From NCBI RefSeq assembly GCF_009914755.1, contig NC_060942.1: DNA of 64,000 nucleotides; one strand, 5' to 3'. Positions within the stretch are counted from its first letter, which is position 1, and every line of letters starts with the position of its first letter. The position numbers and the translations under genes were made by a program. The notes below the pieces were generated by a model. The model was not told the DNA's origin. It worked only from the letters and a program-made list of their open reading frames with translations, and did no database searches. Shown in pieces: positions 1 to 11,544 of this stretch. This stretch comes from the human T2T-CHM13v2.0 reference genome, Homo sapiens.

Positions 1-137
1 CTAGACAGAAGCATTCTCAGAAACTTACTCGTGATGTGTGTCCTCAACTAAAGGAGTAGAACCTTTCTATTCATAGAGAAGTTTTGAAACGCTCTTTTTG
101 TGGAATCTCCAAGTGGATATTTGGCTAGTTTTGAGGA

Positions 138-154
138 TTTCGTTGGAAGCGGGA
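138..154 (+). promoter_or_regulatory. CENP-B box (representative; recurs 137 bp after the start of every dimer, about 189 positions)
   Basis: tttcgttggaagcggga matches the 17-bp CENP-B box and its core NTTCGNNNNANNCGGGN. The B (ttcgtggg) and E (ttcgctgg) variants change only non-core positions. Confidence 0.92.
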
Positions 155-1325
155 ATTCATACAAATTGCAGACTGCAGCGTTCTGAGAAACATCTTTGTG
201 ATGTTTGTATTCAGGACACAGAGATGAACATTCCCTATCATAGAGCAGGTTGGAATCACTCCTTTTGTAGTATCTGGAAGTGGACATTTGGAGCGCTTTC
301 AGGCCTATGTTGAAAAAGGAAATATCTTCCCATAACAACTAGACACAAGCATTCTCAGAAACTTGTTTGTGATGTGTGCCCTCTACTGACAGAGTTGAAC
401 CTTTCTTTTCATAGAGCAGTTTTGAAACACTCTTTTTGTAGAATCTGCAAGAGGATATTTGCATAGCTTTGAGGATTTAGTGGGAAACGGGATTGTCTTC
501 AGGTAAAATCTAGACAGAAGCATTCTCAGAAACTTCTTTGGGATGTTTGCATTCAAGTCACAGAGTAGAACATTCCCTTTGGTAGAGCAGGTTTGAAACC
601 CTCTTTTTGTAGTATCTGGAAGTGGACATTCGGAGCGCTATCAGGCCCATGTTGGAAAGGGAAATATCTTCCCATAACAACTAGGCAGAAGCATTCTCAG
701 AAACTTATTTGAGATGTGTGTACTCAACTAAGAGAATTGAACCACCGTTTTGAAGGAGCAGTTTTGAAACACTCTTTTTCTGGAATCTGTAAGAGTATAT
801 TTGCCTAGCCTTGAGGATTTCGTTGGAAACGGGATTGTCTTCAGATAAAATCTAGACAGAAGCATTCTCAGAAACTTCTTTGGGATGTTTGCATTCAAGT
901 CACAGAGTAGAACATTCCCTTTGGTAGAGCAGGTTTGAAACACTCTTTTTTTAGTATATGGAAGTGGACATTTGGAGCGCTTTCAGGCCTACGTTGGAAA
1001 AGGAAATATCTTCCCATAACAACTAGACAGAAGCATTCTCAGAAACTAGTTTCTGATGTGTGTCCTCAACTAACACAGTTTAACTTTTCTTTAGACAGAA
1101 CAGTTTTGAAACACTCTTTTTGTGGAATCTGCAAGTGGATATTTGGCTAGATTTGAGGATTTCGTTGGAAACGGGATTACATATAAAAAGCAGACTGTAG
1201 CATTCTCAGAAAGTTCTTTGTGATGATTGCATTCAAGTCACAGAATTGAACATTCCCTTTCACAGAGCAGGTTTGAAACACTCTTTTTGTAGTGTGTGTA
1301 AGTGGACATTTGGAGCGCTTTCCGG

Positions 1326-1343
1326 CCTAAGGTGAAAAAGGAA
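1326..1343 (+). promoter_or_regulatory. pJalpha-type (A-box) motif in a monomer lacking a CENP-B box (representative)
   Basis: cctaaggtgaaaaaggaa occupies the position homologous to the CENP-B box in alternate monomers and resembles the described pJalpha site. Confidence 0.6.
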
Positions 1344-1360
1344 ATATCTTCCCATAAAAA

Positions 1361-3061
1361 CTGGACAGAAGCATTCTCAGAAACTTGTTTATGCTGTATC
1401 TACTCAACTAACAAAGTTGAACCTTTCTTTTGATAGAGCAGTTTTGAAATGGTCTTTTTGTGGAATCTGCAAGTGGATATTTGGCTAGTTTTGAGGATTT
1501 CGTTGGAAGCGGGAATTCATACAAATTGCAGACTGCAGCGTTCTGAGAAACATCTTTGTGATGTTTGTATTCAGGACACAGAGATGAACATTCCCTATCA
1601 TAGAGCAGGTTGGAATCACTCCTTTTGTAGTATCTGGAAGTGGACATTTGGAGCGCTTTCAGGCCTATGTTGAAAAAGGAAATATCTTCCCATAACAACT
1701 AGACACAAGCATTCTCAGAAACTTGTTTGTGATGTGTGCCCTCTACTGACAGAGTTGAACCTTTCTTTTCATAGAGCAGTTTTGAAACACTCTTTTTGTA
1801 GAATCTGCAAGAGGATATTTGCATAGCTTTGAGGATTTCGTGGGAAACGGGATTGTCTTCAGGTAAAATCTAGACAGAAGCATTCTCAGAAACTTCTTTG
1901 GGATGTTTGCATTCAAGTCACAGAGTAGAACATTCCCTTTGGTAGAGCAGGTTTGAAACACTCTTTTTGTAGTATCTGGAAGTGGACATTTGAAGCGCTT
2001 TCAGGCCTATGTTGGAAAGGGAAATATCTTCCCGTAACAACTAGGCAGAAGCATTCTCAGAAACTTATTTGAGATGTGTGTACTCAACTAAGAGAATTGA
2101 ACCACCGTTTTGAAGGAGCAGTTTTGAAACACTCTTTTTCTGGAATCTGCTAGAGTATATTTGCCTAGCTTTGAGGATTTCGTTGGAAACGGGATTGTCT
2201 TCAGCTAAAATCTAGACAGAAGCATTCTCAGAAACTTCTTTTGGATGTTTCTATTCAAGTCACAGAGTAGAACATTCCCTTTGGTAGAGCAGGTTTGAAA
2301 CACTCTTTTTGTAGTATCTGGAAGTGGACATTTGGAGCGCTTTCAGGCCTATGTTGGAAAGGGAAATATCTTCCCGTAACAACTAGGCAGAAGCATTCTC
2401 AGAAACTTATTTGAGATGGGTGTACTCAACTAAGAGAATTGAACCACCCTTTTCAAGGAGCAGTTTTGAAACACTCTTTTTCTGGAATCTGCAAGAGTAT
2501 ATTTGCCTAGCTTTGAGGATTTCGTTGGAAACGGGATTGTCTTCAGATAAAATCTAGACAGAAGCATTCTCAGAAACTTCTTTGGGTGTTTGCATTCAAT
2601 TCATAGAGTAGAACATTCCCTTTGTTAGAGCAGGTTTGAAACACTCTTTTTTTAGTATATGGAAGTGGACATTTGGAGCGCTTTCAGGCCTACGTTGGAA
2701 AAGGAAATATCTTCCCATAACAACTAGACAGAAGCATTCTCAGAAACTAGTTTCTGATGTGTGTCCTCAACTAACACAGTTGAACATTTCTTTAGACAGA
2801 ACAGTTTTGAAACACTCTTTTTGTGGAATCTGCAAGTGGCTATTTGGCTAGATTTGAGGATTTCTTTGGAAACGGGATTACATATAAAAAGCTGACAGCA
2901 GCATTCTCAGAAAGTTCTTTGTGATGATTGCATTCAAGTCACAGAATTGAACATTCCCTTTCACAGAGCAGGTTTGAAACACTCTTTTTGTAGTGTGTGT
3001 AAGTGGACATTTGGAGCACTTTCCAGCCTAAGGCGAAAAAGGAAATATCTTCCCATAAAAA
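1361..3061 (+). repeat. Unique 10-mer variant F-B-C'-C''-D (1701 bp)
   Basis: F 1361-1698, B 1699-2040, divergent C' 2041-2382, divergent C'' 2383-2723 (1-bp deletion near 2587), D 2724-3061. Confidence 0.88.
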
Positions 3062-4421
3062 ATAGACAGAAGCATTCTCAGAAACTTACTCGTGATGTGT
3101 GTCCTCAACTAAAGGTGTAGAACCTTTCTTTTCATAGAGAAGTTTTGAAACGCTCTTTTTGTGGAATCTGCAAGTGGATATTTGGCTAGTTTTGAGGATT
3201 TCGTTGGAAGCGGGAATTCATACAAATTGCAGACTGCAGCGTTCTGAGAAATATCTTTGTGATGTTTGTATTCAGGACACAGAGTTGAACATTCCCTATC
3301 ATAGAGCAGGTTGGAATCACTCCTTTTGTAGTATCTGGAAGTGGACATTTGGAGCGCTTTCAGGCCTATGTTGAAAAAGGAAATATCTTCCCATAACAAC
3401 TAGACACAAGCATTCTCAGAAACTTGTTTGTGATGTGTGCCCTCTACTGACAGAGTTGAACCTTTCTTTTCATAGAGCAGTTTTGAAACACTCTTTTTGT
3501 AGAATCTGCAAGAGGATATTTGCATAGCTTTGAGGATTTCGTGGGAAACGGGATTGTCTTCAGGTAAAATCTAGACAGAAGCATTCTCAGAAACTTCTTT
3601 GGGATGTTTGCATTCAAGTCACAGAGTAGAACATTCCCTTTGGTAGAGCAGGTTTGAAACACTCTTTTTGTAGTATCTGGAAGTGGACATTTGGAGCGCT
3701 TTCAGGCCCATGTTGGAAAGGGAAATATCTTCCCGTAACAACTAGGCAGAAGCATTCTCAGAAACATATTTGAGATGTGTGCACTCAACTAAGAGAATTG
3801 AACCACCGTTTTGAAGGAGCAGTTTTGAAACACTCTTTTTCTGGAATCTGCAAGAGTATATTTGCCTAGCCTTGAGGATTTCGTTGGAAACGGGATTGTC
3901 TTCAGATAAAATCTAGACAGAAGCATTCTCAGAAACTTCTTTGGGATGTTTGCATTCAAGTCACAGAGTAGAACATTCCCTTTGGTAGAGCAGGTTTGAA
4001 ACAATCTTTTTTTAGTATATGGAAGTGGACATTTGGAGCGCTTTCAGGCCTACGTTGGAGAAGGAAATATCATCCCATAACAACTAGACCGAAGCATTCT
4101 CAGAAACTAGTTTCTGATGTGTGTCCTCAACTAACACAGTTGTACATTTCTTTAGACAGAACAGTTATGAAACACTCTTTTTGTGGAATCTGCAAGTGGA
4201 TATTTGGCTAGATTTGAGGATTTCGTTGGAAACGGGATTACATATAAAAAGCAGTCAGCAGCATTCTCAGAAAGTTCTTTGTGATGATTGCATTCAAGTC
4301 ACAGAATTGAACATTCCCTTTCACAGAGCAGGTTTGAAACACTCTTTTTGTAGTGTGTGTAAGTGGACATTTGGAGCACTTACCGGCCTAAGGTGAAAAA
4401 GGAAATATCTTCCCATAAAAA

Positions 4422-6456
4422 CTAGACAGAAGCATTCTCAGAAACTTACTCGTGATGTGTGTCCTCAACTAAAGCAGTAGAACCTTTCTTTTCATAGAGA
4501 AGTTTTGAAACGCTCTTTTTGTGGAATCTGCAAGTGGATATTTGGCTAGTTTTGAGGATTTCGTTGGAAGCGGGAATTCATACAAATTGCAGACTGCAGC
4601 GTTCTGAGAAACATCTTTGTGATGTTTGTATTCAGGACACAGAGTTGAACATTCCCTATCATAGAGCAGGTTTGAATCACTCCTTTTGTAGTATCTGGAA
4701 GTGGACATTTGGAGCGCTTTCAGGCCTATGTTGGAAAAGGAAATATCTTCCCATAACAACTAGACAGAAGCATTCTCAGAAACTTATTTGAGATGTGTCT
4801 ACTCAACTAAGAGAATTGAACCACCGTTTTGAAGGAGCAGTTTTGAAACACTCTTTTTCTGGAATCTGCAAGTGGATATTTGGCTAGCTTTGGGGATTTC
4901 GCTGGAAGCGGGAATACATATAAAAAGCACAAAGCAGCGTTCTGAGAAACTGCTTTCTGATGTTTGCATTCAAGTCAAAAGTTGAACACTCCCTTTCATA
5001 GAGCAGTCTTGAAACACCCCTTTTGTAGTATCTGGAACTGGACTTTTGGAGCGATTTTAGGGCTAAGGTGAAAAAGGAAATATCTTCCCATAAAAACTGG
5101 ACAGAAGCATTCTCAGAAACTTGTTTATGCTGTATCTACTCAACTAACAAAGTTGAACCTTTCTTTTGATAGAGCAGTTTTGAAATGGTCTTTTTGTGGA
5201 ATCTGCAAGTGGATATTTGGCTAGTTTTGAGGATTTCGTTGGAAGCGGGAATTCATACAAATTGCAGACTGCAGCGTTCTGAGAAACATCTTTGTGATGT
5301 TTGTATTCAGGACACAGAGTTGAACATTCCCTATCATAGAGCAGGTTGGAATCACTCCTTTTGTAGTATCTGGAAGTGGACATTTGGAGCGCTTTCAGGC
5401 CTATGTTGAAAAAGGAAATGTCTTCCCATAACAACTAGACACAAGTATTCTCAGAAACTTGTTTGTGATGTGTGCCCTCTACTGACAGAGTTGAACCTTT
5501 CTTTTCATAGAGCAGTTTTGAAACACCCTTTTTGTAGAATCTGCAAGAGGATATTTGCATAGCTTTGAGGATTTCGTGGGAAACGGGATTGTCTTCAGGT
5601 AAAATCTAGACAGAAGCATTCTCAGAAACTTCTTTGGGATGTTTGCATTCAAGTCACAGAGTAGAACATTCCCTTTGGTAGAGCAGGTTTCAAACACTCT
5701 TTTTGTAGTATCTGGAAGTGGACATTTGAAGCGCTTTCAGGCCTATGTTGGAAAGGGAAATATCTTCCCGTAACAACTAGGCAGAAGCATTCTCAGAAAC
5801 TTATTTGAGATGTGTGTACTCAACTAAGAGAATTGAACCACCGTTTTGAAGGCGCAGTTTTGAAACACTCTTTTTCTGGAATCTGCAAGAGTATATTTGC
5901 CTAGCCTTGACGATTTCGTTGGAAACGTGGTTGTCTTCAGATAAAATATAGACAGAAGCATTCTCAGAAACTTCTTTGGGATGTTTGCATTCAAGTCACA
6001 GAGTAGAACATTCCCTTTGGTAGAGCAGGTTTGAAACACTCTTTTTTTAGTATGTGGAAGTGGACATTTGGATCGCTTTCAGGCCTACGTTGGAAAAGGA
6101 AATATCTTCCCATAACGACTAGACAGAAGCATTCTCAGAAACTAGTTTCTGATGTGTGTCCTCAACTAACACAGTTGAACATTTCCTTAGACAGAACAGT
6201 TTTGAAACACTCTTTTTGTGGAATCTGCAAGTGGCTATTTGGCTAGATTTGAGGATTTCTTTGGAAACGGGATTACATATAAAAAGCAGTCAGCAGCATT
6301 CTCAGAAAGTTCTTTGTGATGATTGCATTCAAGTCACAGAATTGAACATTCCCTTTCACAGAGCAGGTTTGAAACACTCTTTTTGTAGTGTGTGTAAGTG
6401 GACATTTGGAGCGCTTTCCGGCCTAAGGTGAAAAAGGAAATATCTTCCCATAGAAA
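4422..6456 (+). repeat. 12-mer HOR unit AEFBCD (2035 bp); other copies at 7817, 18345, 20380, 27855, 29890
   Basis: A-to-F spacing is 675 bp (ORFs 4469/5144) and F-to-next-A is 1360 bp; contains the E dimer (ttcgctggaagcgggaatacatataaaaagcac). Confidence 0.92.
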
Positions 6457-9400
6457 CTAGAGAGAAGCATTCTCAGAAACTTACTCGTGATGTGTGTCCT
6501 CAACTAAAGGAGTAGAACCTTTCTATTCATAGAGAAGTTTTGAAACGCTCTTTTTGTGGAATCTGCAAGTGGATATTTGGCTAGTTTTGAGGATTTCGTT
6601 GGAAACGGGAATTCATACAAATTGCAGACTGCAGCGTTCTGAGAAACATCTTTGTGATGTTTGTATTCAAGACACAGAGATGAACATTCCCTATCATAGA
6701 GCAGGTTGGAATCACTCCTTTTGTAGTATCTGGAAGTGGACATTTGGAGCGCTTTCAGGCCTATGTTGAAAAAGGAAATATCTTCCCATAACAACTAGAC
6801 ACAAGCATTCTCAGAAACTTGTTTGTGATGTGTGCCCTCTACTGACAGAGTTGAACCTTTCTTTTCATAGAGCAGTTTTGAAACACTCTTTTTGTAGAAT
6901 CTGCAAGAGGATATTTGCATAGCTTTGAGGATTTCGTGGGAAACGGGATTGCCTTCAGGTAAAATCTAGACAGAAGCATTCTCAGAAACTTCTTTGGGAT
7001 GTTTGCATTCAAGTCACAGAGTAGAACATTCCCTTTGGTAGAGCAGGTTTGAAACCCTCCTTTTGTAGTATCTGGAAGTGGACATTTGGAGCGCTTTCAG
7101 GCCCATGTTGGAAAGGGAAATATCTTCCCGTAACAACTAGGCAGAAGCATTCTCAGAAACTTATTTGAGATGTGTGTACTCAACTAAGAGAATTGAACCA
7201 CCGTTTTGAAGGCGCAGTTTTGAAACACTCTTTTTCTGGAATCTGCAAGAGTATATTTGCCTAGCCTTGAGGATTTCGTTGGAAACGGGATTGTCTTCAG
7301 ATAAAATCTAGACAGAAGCATTCTCAGAAACTTCTTTGGGATGTTTGCATTCAAGTCACAGAGTAGAACATTCCCTTTGGTAGAGCAGGTTTGAAACACT
7401 CTTTTTTTAGTATATGGAAGTGGACATTTGGAGCGCTTTCAGGCCTACGTTGGAAAAGGAAATATCTTCCCATAACAACTAAACAGAAGCATTCTCAGAA
7501 ACTAGTTTCTGATGTGTGTCCTCAACTAACACAGTTGAACTTTTCTTTAGACAGAACAGTTTTGAAACACTCTTTTTGTGGAATCTGCAAGTGGCTATTT
7601 GGCTAGATTTGAGGATTTCGTTGGAAACGGGATTACATATAAAAAGCAGTCAGCAGCATTCTCAGAAAGTTCTTTGTGATGATTGCATTCAAGTCACAGA
7701 ATTGAACATTCCCTTTCACAGAGCAGGTTTGAAACACTCTTTTTGTAGTGTGTGTAAGTGGACATTTGGAGCACTTACCGGCCTAAGGTGAAAAAGGAAA
7801 TATCTTCCCATAAAAACTAGACAGAAGCATTCTCAGAAACTTACTCGTGATGTGTGTCCTCAACTAAAGTAGTAGAACCTTTCTTTTCATAGAGAAGTTT
7901 TGAAACGCTCTTTTTGTGGAATCTGCAAGTGGATATTTGGCTAGTTTTGAGGATTTCGTTGGAAGCGGGAATTCATACAAATTGCAGACTGCAGCGTTCT
8001 GAGAAACATCTTTGTGATGTTTGTATTCAGGACACAGAGTTGAACATTCCCTATCATAGAGCAGGTTTGAATCACTCCTTTTGTAGTATCTGGAAGTGGA
8101 CATTTGGAGCGCTTTCAGGCCTATGTTGGAAAAGGAAATATCTTCCCATAACAACTAGACAGAAGCATTCTCAGAAACTTATTTGAGATGTGTCTACTCA
8201 ACTAAGAGAATTGAACCACCGTTTTGAAGGAGCAGTTTTGAAACACTCTTTTTCTGGAATCTGCAAGTGGATATTTGGCTAGCTTTGGGGATTTCGCTGG
8301 AAGCGGGAATACATATAAAAAGCACACAGCAGCGTTCTGAGAAACTGCTTTCTGATGTTTGCATTCAAGTCAAAAGTTGAACACTCCCTTTCATAGAGCA
8401 GTCTTGAAACACCCCTTTTGTAGTATCTGGAACTGGACTTTTGGAGCGATTTTAGGGCTAAGGTGAAAAAGGAAATATCTTCCCATAAAAACTGGACAGA
8501 AGCATTCTCAGAAACTTGTTTATGCTGTATCTACTCAACTAACAAAGTTGAACCTTTCTTTTCATAGAGAAGTTTTGAAACGCTCTTTTTGTGGAATCTG
8601 CAAGTGGATATTTGGCTAGTTTTGAGGATTTCGTTGGAAGCGGGAATTCATACAAATTGCAGACTGCAGCGTTCTGAGAATCATCTTTGTGATGTTTGTA
8701 TTCAGGACACAGAGTTGAACATTCCCTATCATAGAGCAGGTTGGAATCACTCCTTTTGTAGTATCTGGAAGTGGACATTTGGAGCGCTTTCAGGCCTATT
8801 TTGGACAGGGAAATATCTTCCCATAACAACTATGCAGAAGCATTCTCAGAAACTTGTTTGTGATGTGTGCCCTCTACTGACAGAGTTGAACCTTTCTTTT
8901 CTTAGAGCAGTTTTGAAACACTCTTTTTGTAGAATCTGCAAGAGGATATTTGCATAGCTTTGAGGATTTCGTGGGAAACGGGATTGTCTTCAGGTAAAAT
9001 CTAGACAGAAGCATTCTCAGAAACTTCTTTGGGATGTTTGCATTCAAGACACAGAGTAGAACATTCCCTTTGGTAGAGCAGGTTTGAAACACTCTTTTTG
9101 TAGTATCTGGAAGTGGACATTTGGAGCGCTTTCAGGCCCATGTTGGAAAGGGAAATATCTTCCCGTAACAACTAGGCAGAAGCATTCTCAGAAACTTATT
9201 TGAGATGTGTGTACTCAACTAAGAGAATTGAACCACCGTTTTGAAGGAGCAGTTTTGAAACACTCTTTTTCTGGATTCTGCAAGAATATATTTGCCTAGC
9301 CTTGAGGATTTCGTTGGAAACGGGATTGTCTTCAGATAAAATCTAGACAGAAGCATTCTCAGAAACTTCTTTGGGATGTTTGCATTCAAGTCACAGAGTA

Positions 9401-9851
9401 GAACATTCTCTTTGGTAGAGCAGGTTTGAAACACTCTTTTTTTAGTATCTGGAAGTGGACATTTGGAGCGCTTTCAGGCCTACGTTGGAAAAGGAAATAT
9501 CTTCCCATAACAACTAGACAGAAGCATTCTCAGAAACTAGTTTCTGATGTGTGTCCTCAACTAACACAGTTGTACATTTCTTTAGGCAGAACAGTTTTGA
9601 AACACTCTTTTTGTGGAATCTGCAAGTGGATATTGGGCTAGATTTGAGGATTTCGTTGGAAACGGGATTACATATAAAAAGCAGTCAGCAGCATTCTCAG
9701 AAAGTTCTTTGTGATGATTGCATTCAAGTCACAGAATTGAACATTCCCTTTCACAGAGCAGGTTTGAAACACTCTTTTTGTAGTGTGTGTAAGTGGACAT
9801 TTGGAGCGCTTTCCGGCCTAAGGTGAAAAAGGACATATCTTACCATAAAAA

Positions 9852-11544
9852 CCAGACAGAAGCATTCTCAGAAACTTACTCGTGATGTGTGTCCTCAACT
9901 AAAGGAGTAGAAACTTTCTATTCATAGAGAAGTTTTGAAACGCTCTTTTTGTGGAATCTCCAAGTGGATATTTGGCTAGTTTTGAGGATTTCGTTGGAAG
10001 CGGGAATTCATACAAATTGCAGACTGCAGCGTTCTGAGAAACATCGTTGTGATGTTTGTATTCAGGACACAGAGTTGAACATTCCCTATCATAGAGCAGG
10101 TTTGAATCACTCCTTTTGTAGTATCTGGAAGTGGACATTTGGAGCGCTTTCAGGCCTATGTTGGAAAAGGAAATATCTTCCCATAACAACTAGACAGAAG
10201 CATTCTCAGAAACTTATTTGAGATGTGTGTACTCAACTAAGAGAATTGAACCACCGTTTTGAAGGAGCAGTTTTGAAACACTCTTTTTCTGGAATCTGCA
10301 AGTGGATATTTGGCTAGCTTTGGGGATTTCGCTGGAAGCGGGAATACATATAAAAAGCACACAGCAGCGTTCTGAGAAACTGCTTTCTGATGTTTGCATT
10401 CAAGTCAAAAGTTGAACACTCCCTTTCATAGAGCAGTCTTGAAACACCCCTTTTGTAGTATCTGGAACTGGACATTTGGAGCGCTTTCAGGGCTAAGGTG
10501 AAAAAGGAAATATCTTCCCATAAAAACTGGACAGAAGCATTCTCAGAAACTTGTTTATGCTGTATCTACTCTACTAACAAAGTTGAACCTTTCTTTTGAT
10601 AGAGCAGTTTTGAAATGCTCTTTTTGTGGAATCTGCAAGTGGATATTTGGCTAGTTTTGAGGATTTCGTTGGAAGCTGGAATTCATGCAAATTGCAGACT
10701 GCAGCGTTCTGAGAAACATCTTTGTGATGTTTGTATTCAGGACACAGAGTTGAACTTTCCCTATCGTAGAGCAGGTTGGAATCACTCCTTTTGCAGTATC
10801 TGGAAGTGGACATTTGGAGCGCTTTCAGGCCTATTTTGGAAAGGGAAATATCTTCCCGTAACAACTAGGCAGAAGCATTCTCAGAAACTTATTTGAGATG
10901 TGTGTACTCAACTAAGAGAATTGAACCACCGTTTTGAAGGAGCAGATTTGAAACACTCTTTTTCTGGAATCTGCAAGAGTATATTTGCCTAGCCTTGAAG
11001 ATTTCGTTGGAAACGGGATTGTCTTCAGATAAAATCTAGACAGAAGCATTCTCAGAAACTTCTTTGGGATGTTTGCATTCAAGTCACAGAGTAGAACATT
11101 CCCTTTGGTAGAGCAGGTTTGAAACACTCTTTTTTTAGTATATGGAAGTGGACATTTGGAGCGCTTTCAGGCCTACGTTGGAAAAGGAAATATCTTCCCA
11201 TAACAACTAGACAGAAGCATTCTCAGAAACTAGTTTCTGATGTGTGTCCTCAACTAACACAGTTGAACTTTTCTTTAGACAGAACAGTGTTGAAACACTC
11301 TTTTTGTGGAATCTGCAAGTGGATATTTGGCTAGATTTGAGGATTTCGTTGGAAACGGGATTACATATAAAAAGCAGACAGCAGCATTCTCAGAAAGTTC
11401 TTTTTGATGATTGCATTCAAGTCACAGAATTGAACATTCCCTTTCACAGAGCAGGTTTGAAACACTCTTTTTGTAGTGTGTGTAAGTGGACATTTGGAGC
11501 GCTTTCCGGCCTAAGGTGAAAAAGGAAATATCTTCCCATAAAAA
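9852..11544 (+). repeat. 10-mer HOR variant AEFCD (1693 bp); other copies at 37355, 40408, 47541, 54674, 57727
   Basis: F is followed directly by C (dimer B absent); F-to-next-A spacing is 1018 bp. Confidence 0.9.

Larger units (their letters stand above)
1..1360 (+). repeat. 8-mer HOR unit ABCD (1360 bp), the most common unit (27 copies in window)
   Basis: Dimers A 1-338, B 339-680, C 681-1022, D 1023-1360; the ORF track repeats with a 1360 bp period (e.g. 12952, 14312, 15672, 17032). Confidence 0.93.

Noticed and set aside
13-24. Short palindromes (ttctcagaa/ttctgagaa STAT/BCL6-like motif; agcgct; ctgcag)
   Set aside because: These are intrinsic to the alphoid consensus in nearly every monomer; there is no sequence evidence for a specific regulatory role.
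1178-1192. TATA-like catataaaaag after the CENP-B box in D and E dimers
   Set aside because: This is a routine monomer variant in AT-rich satellite; promoter activity cannot be supported from sequence alone.
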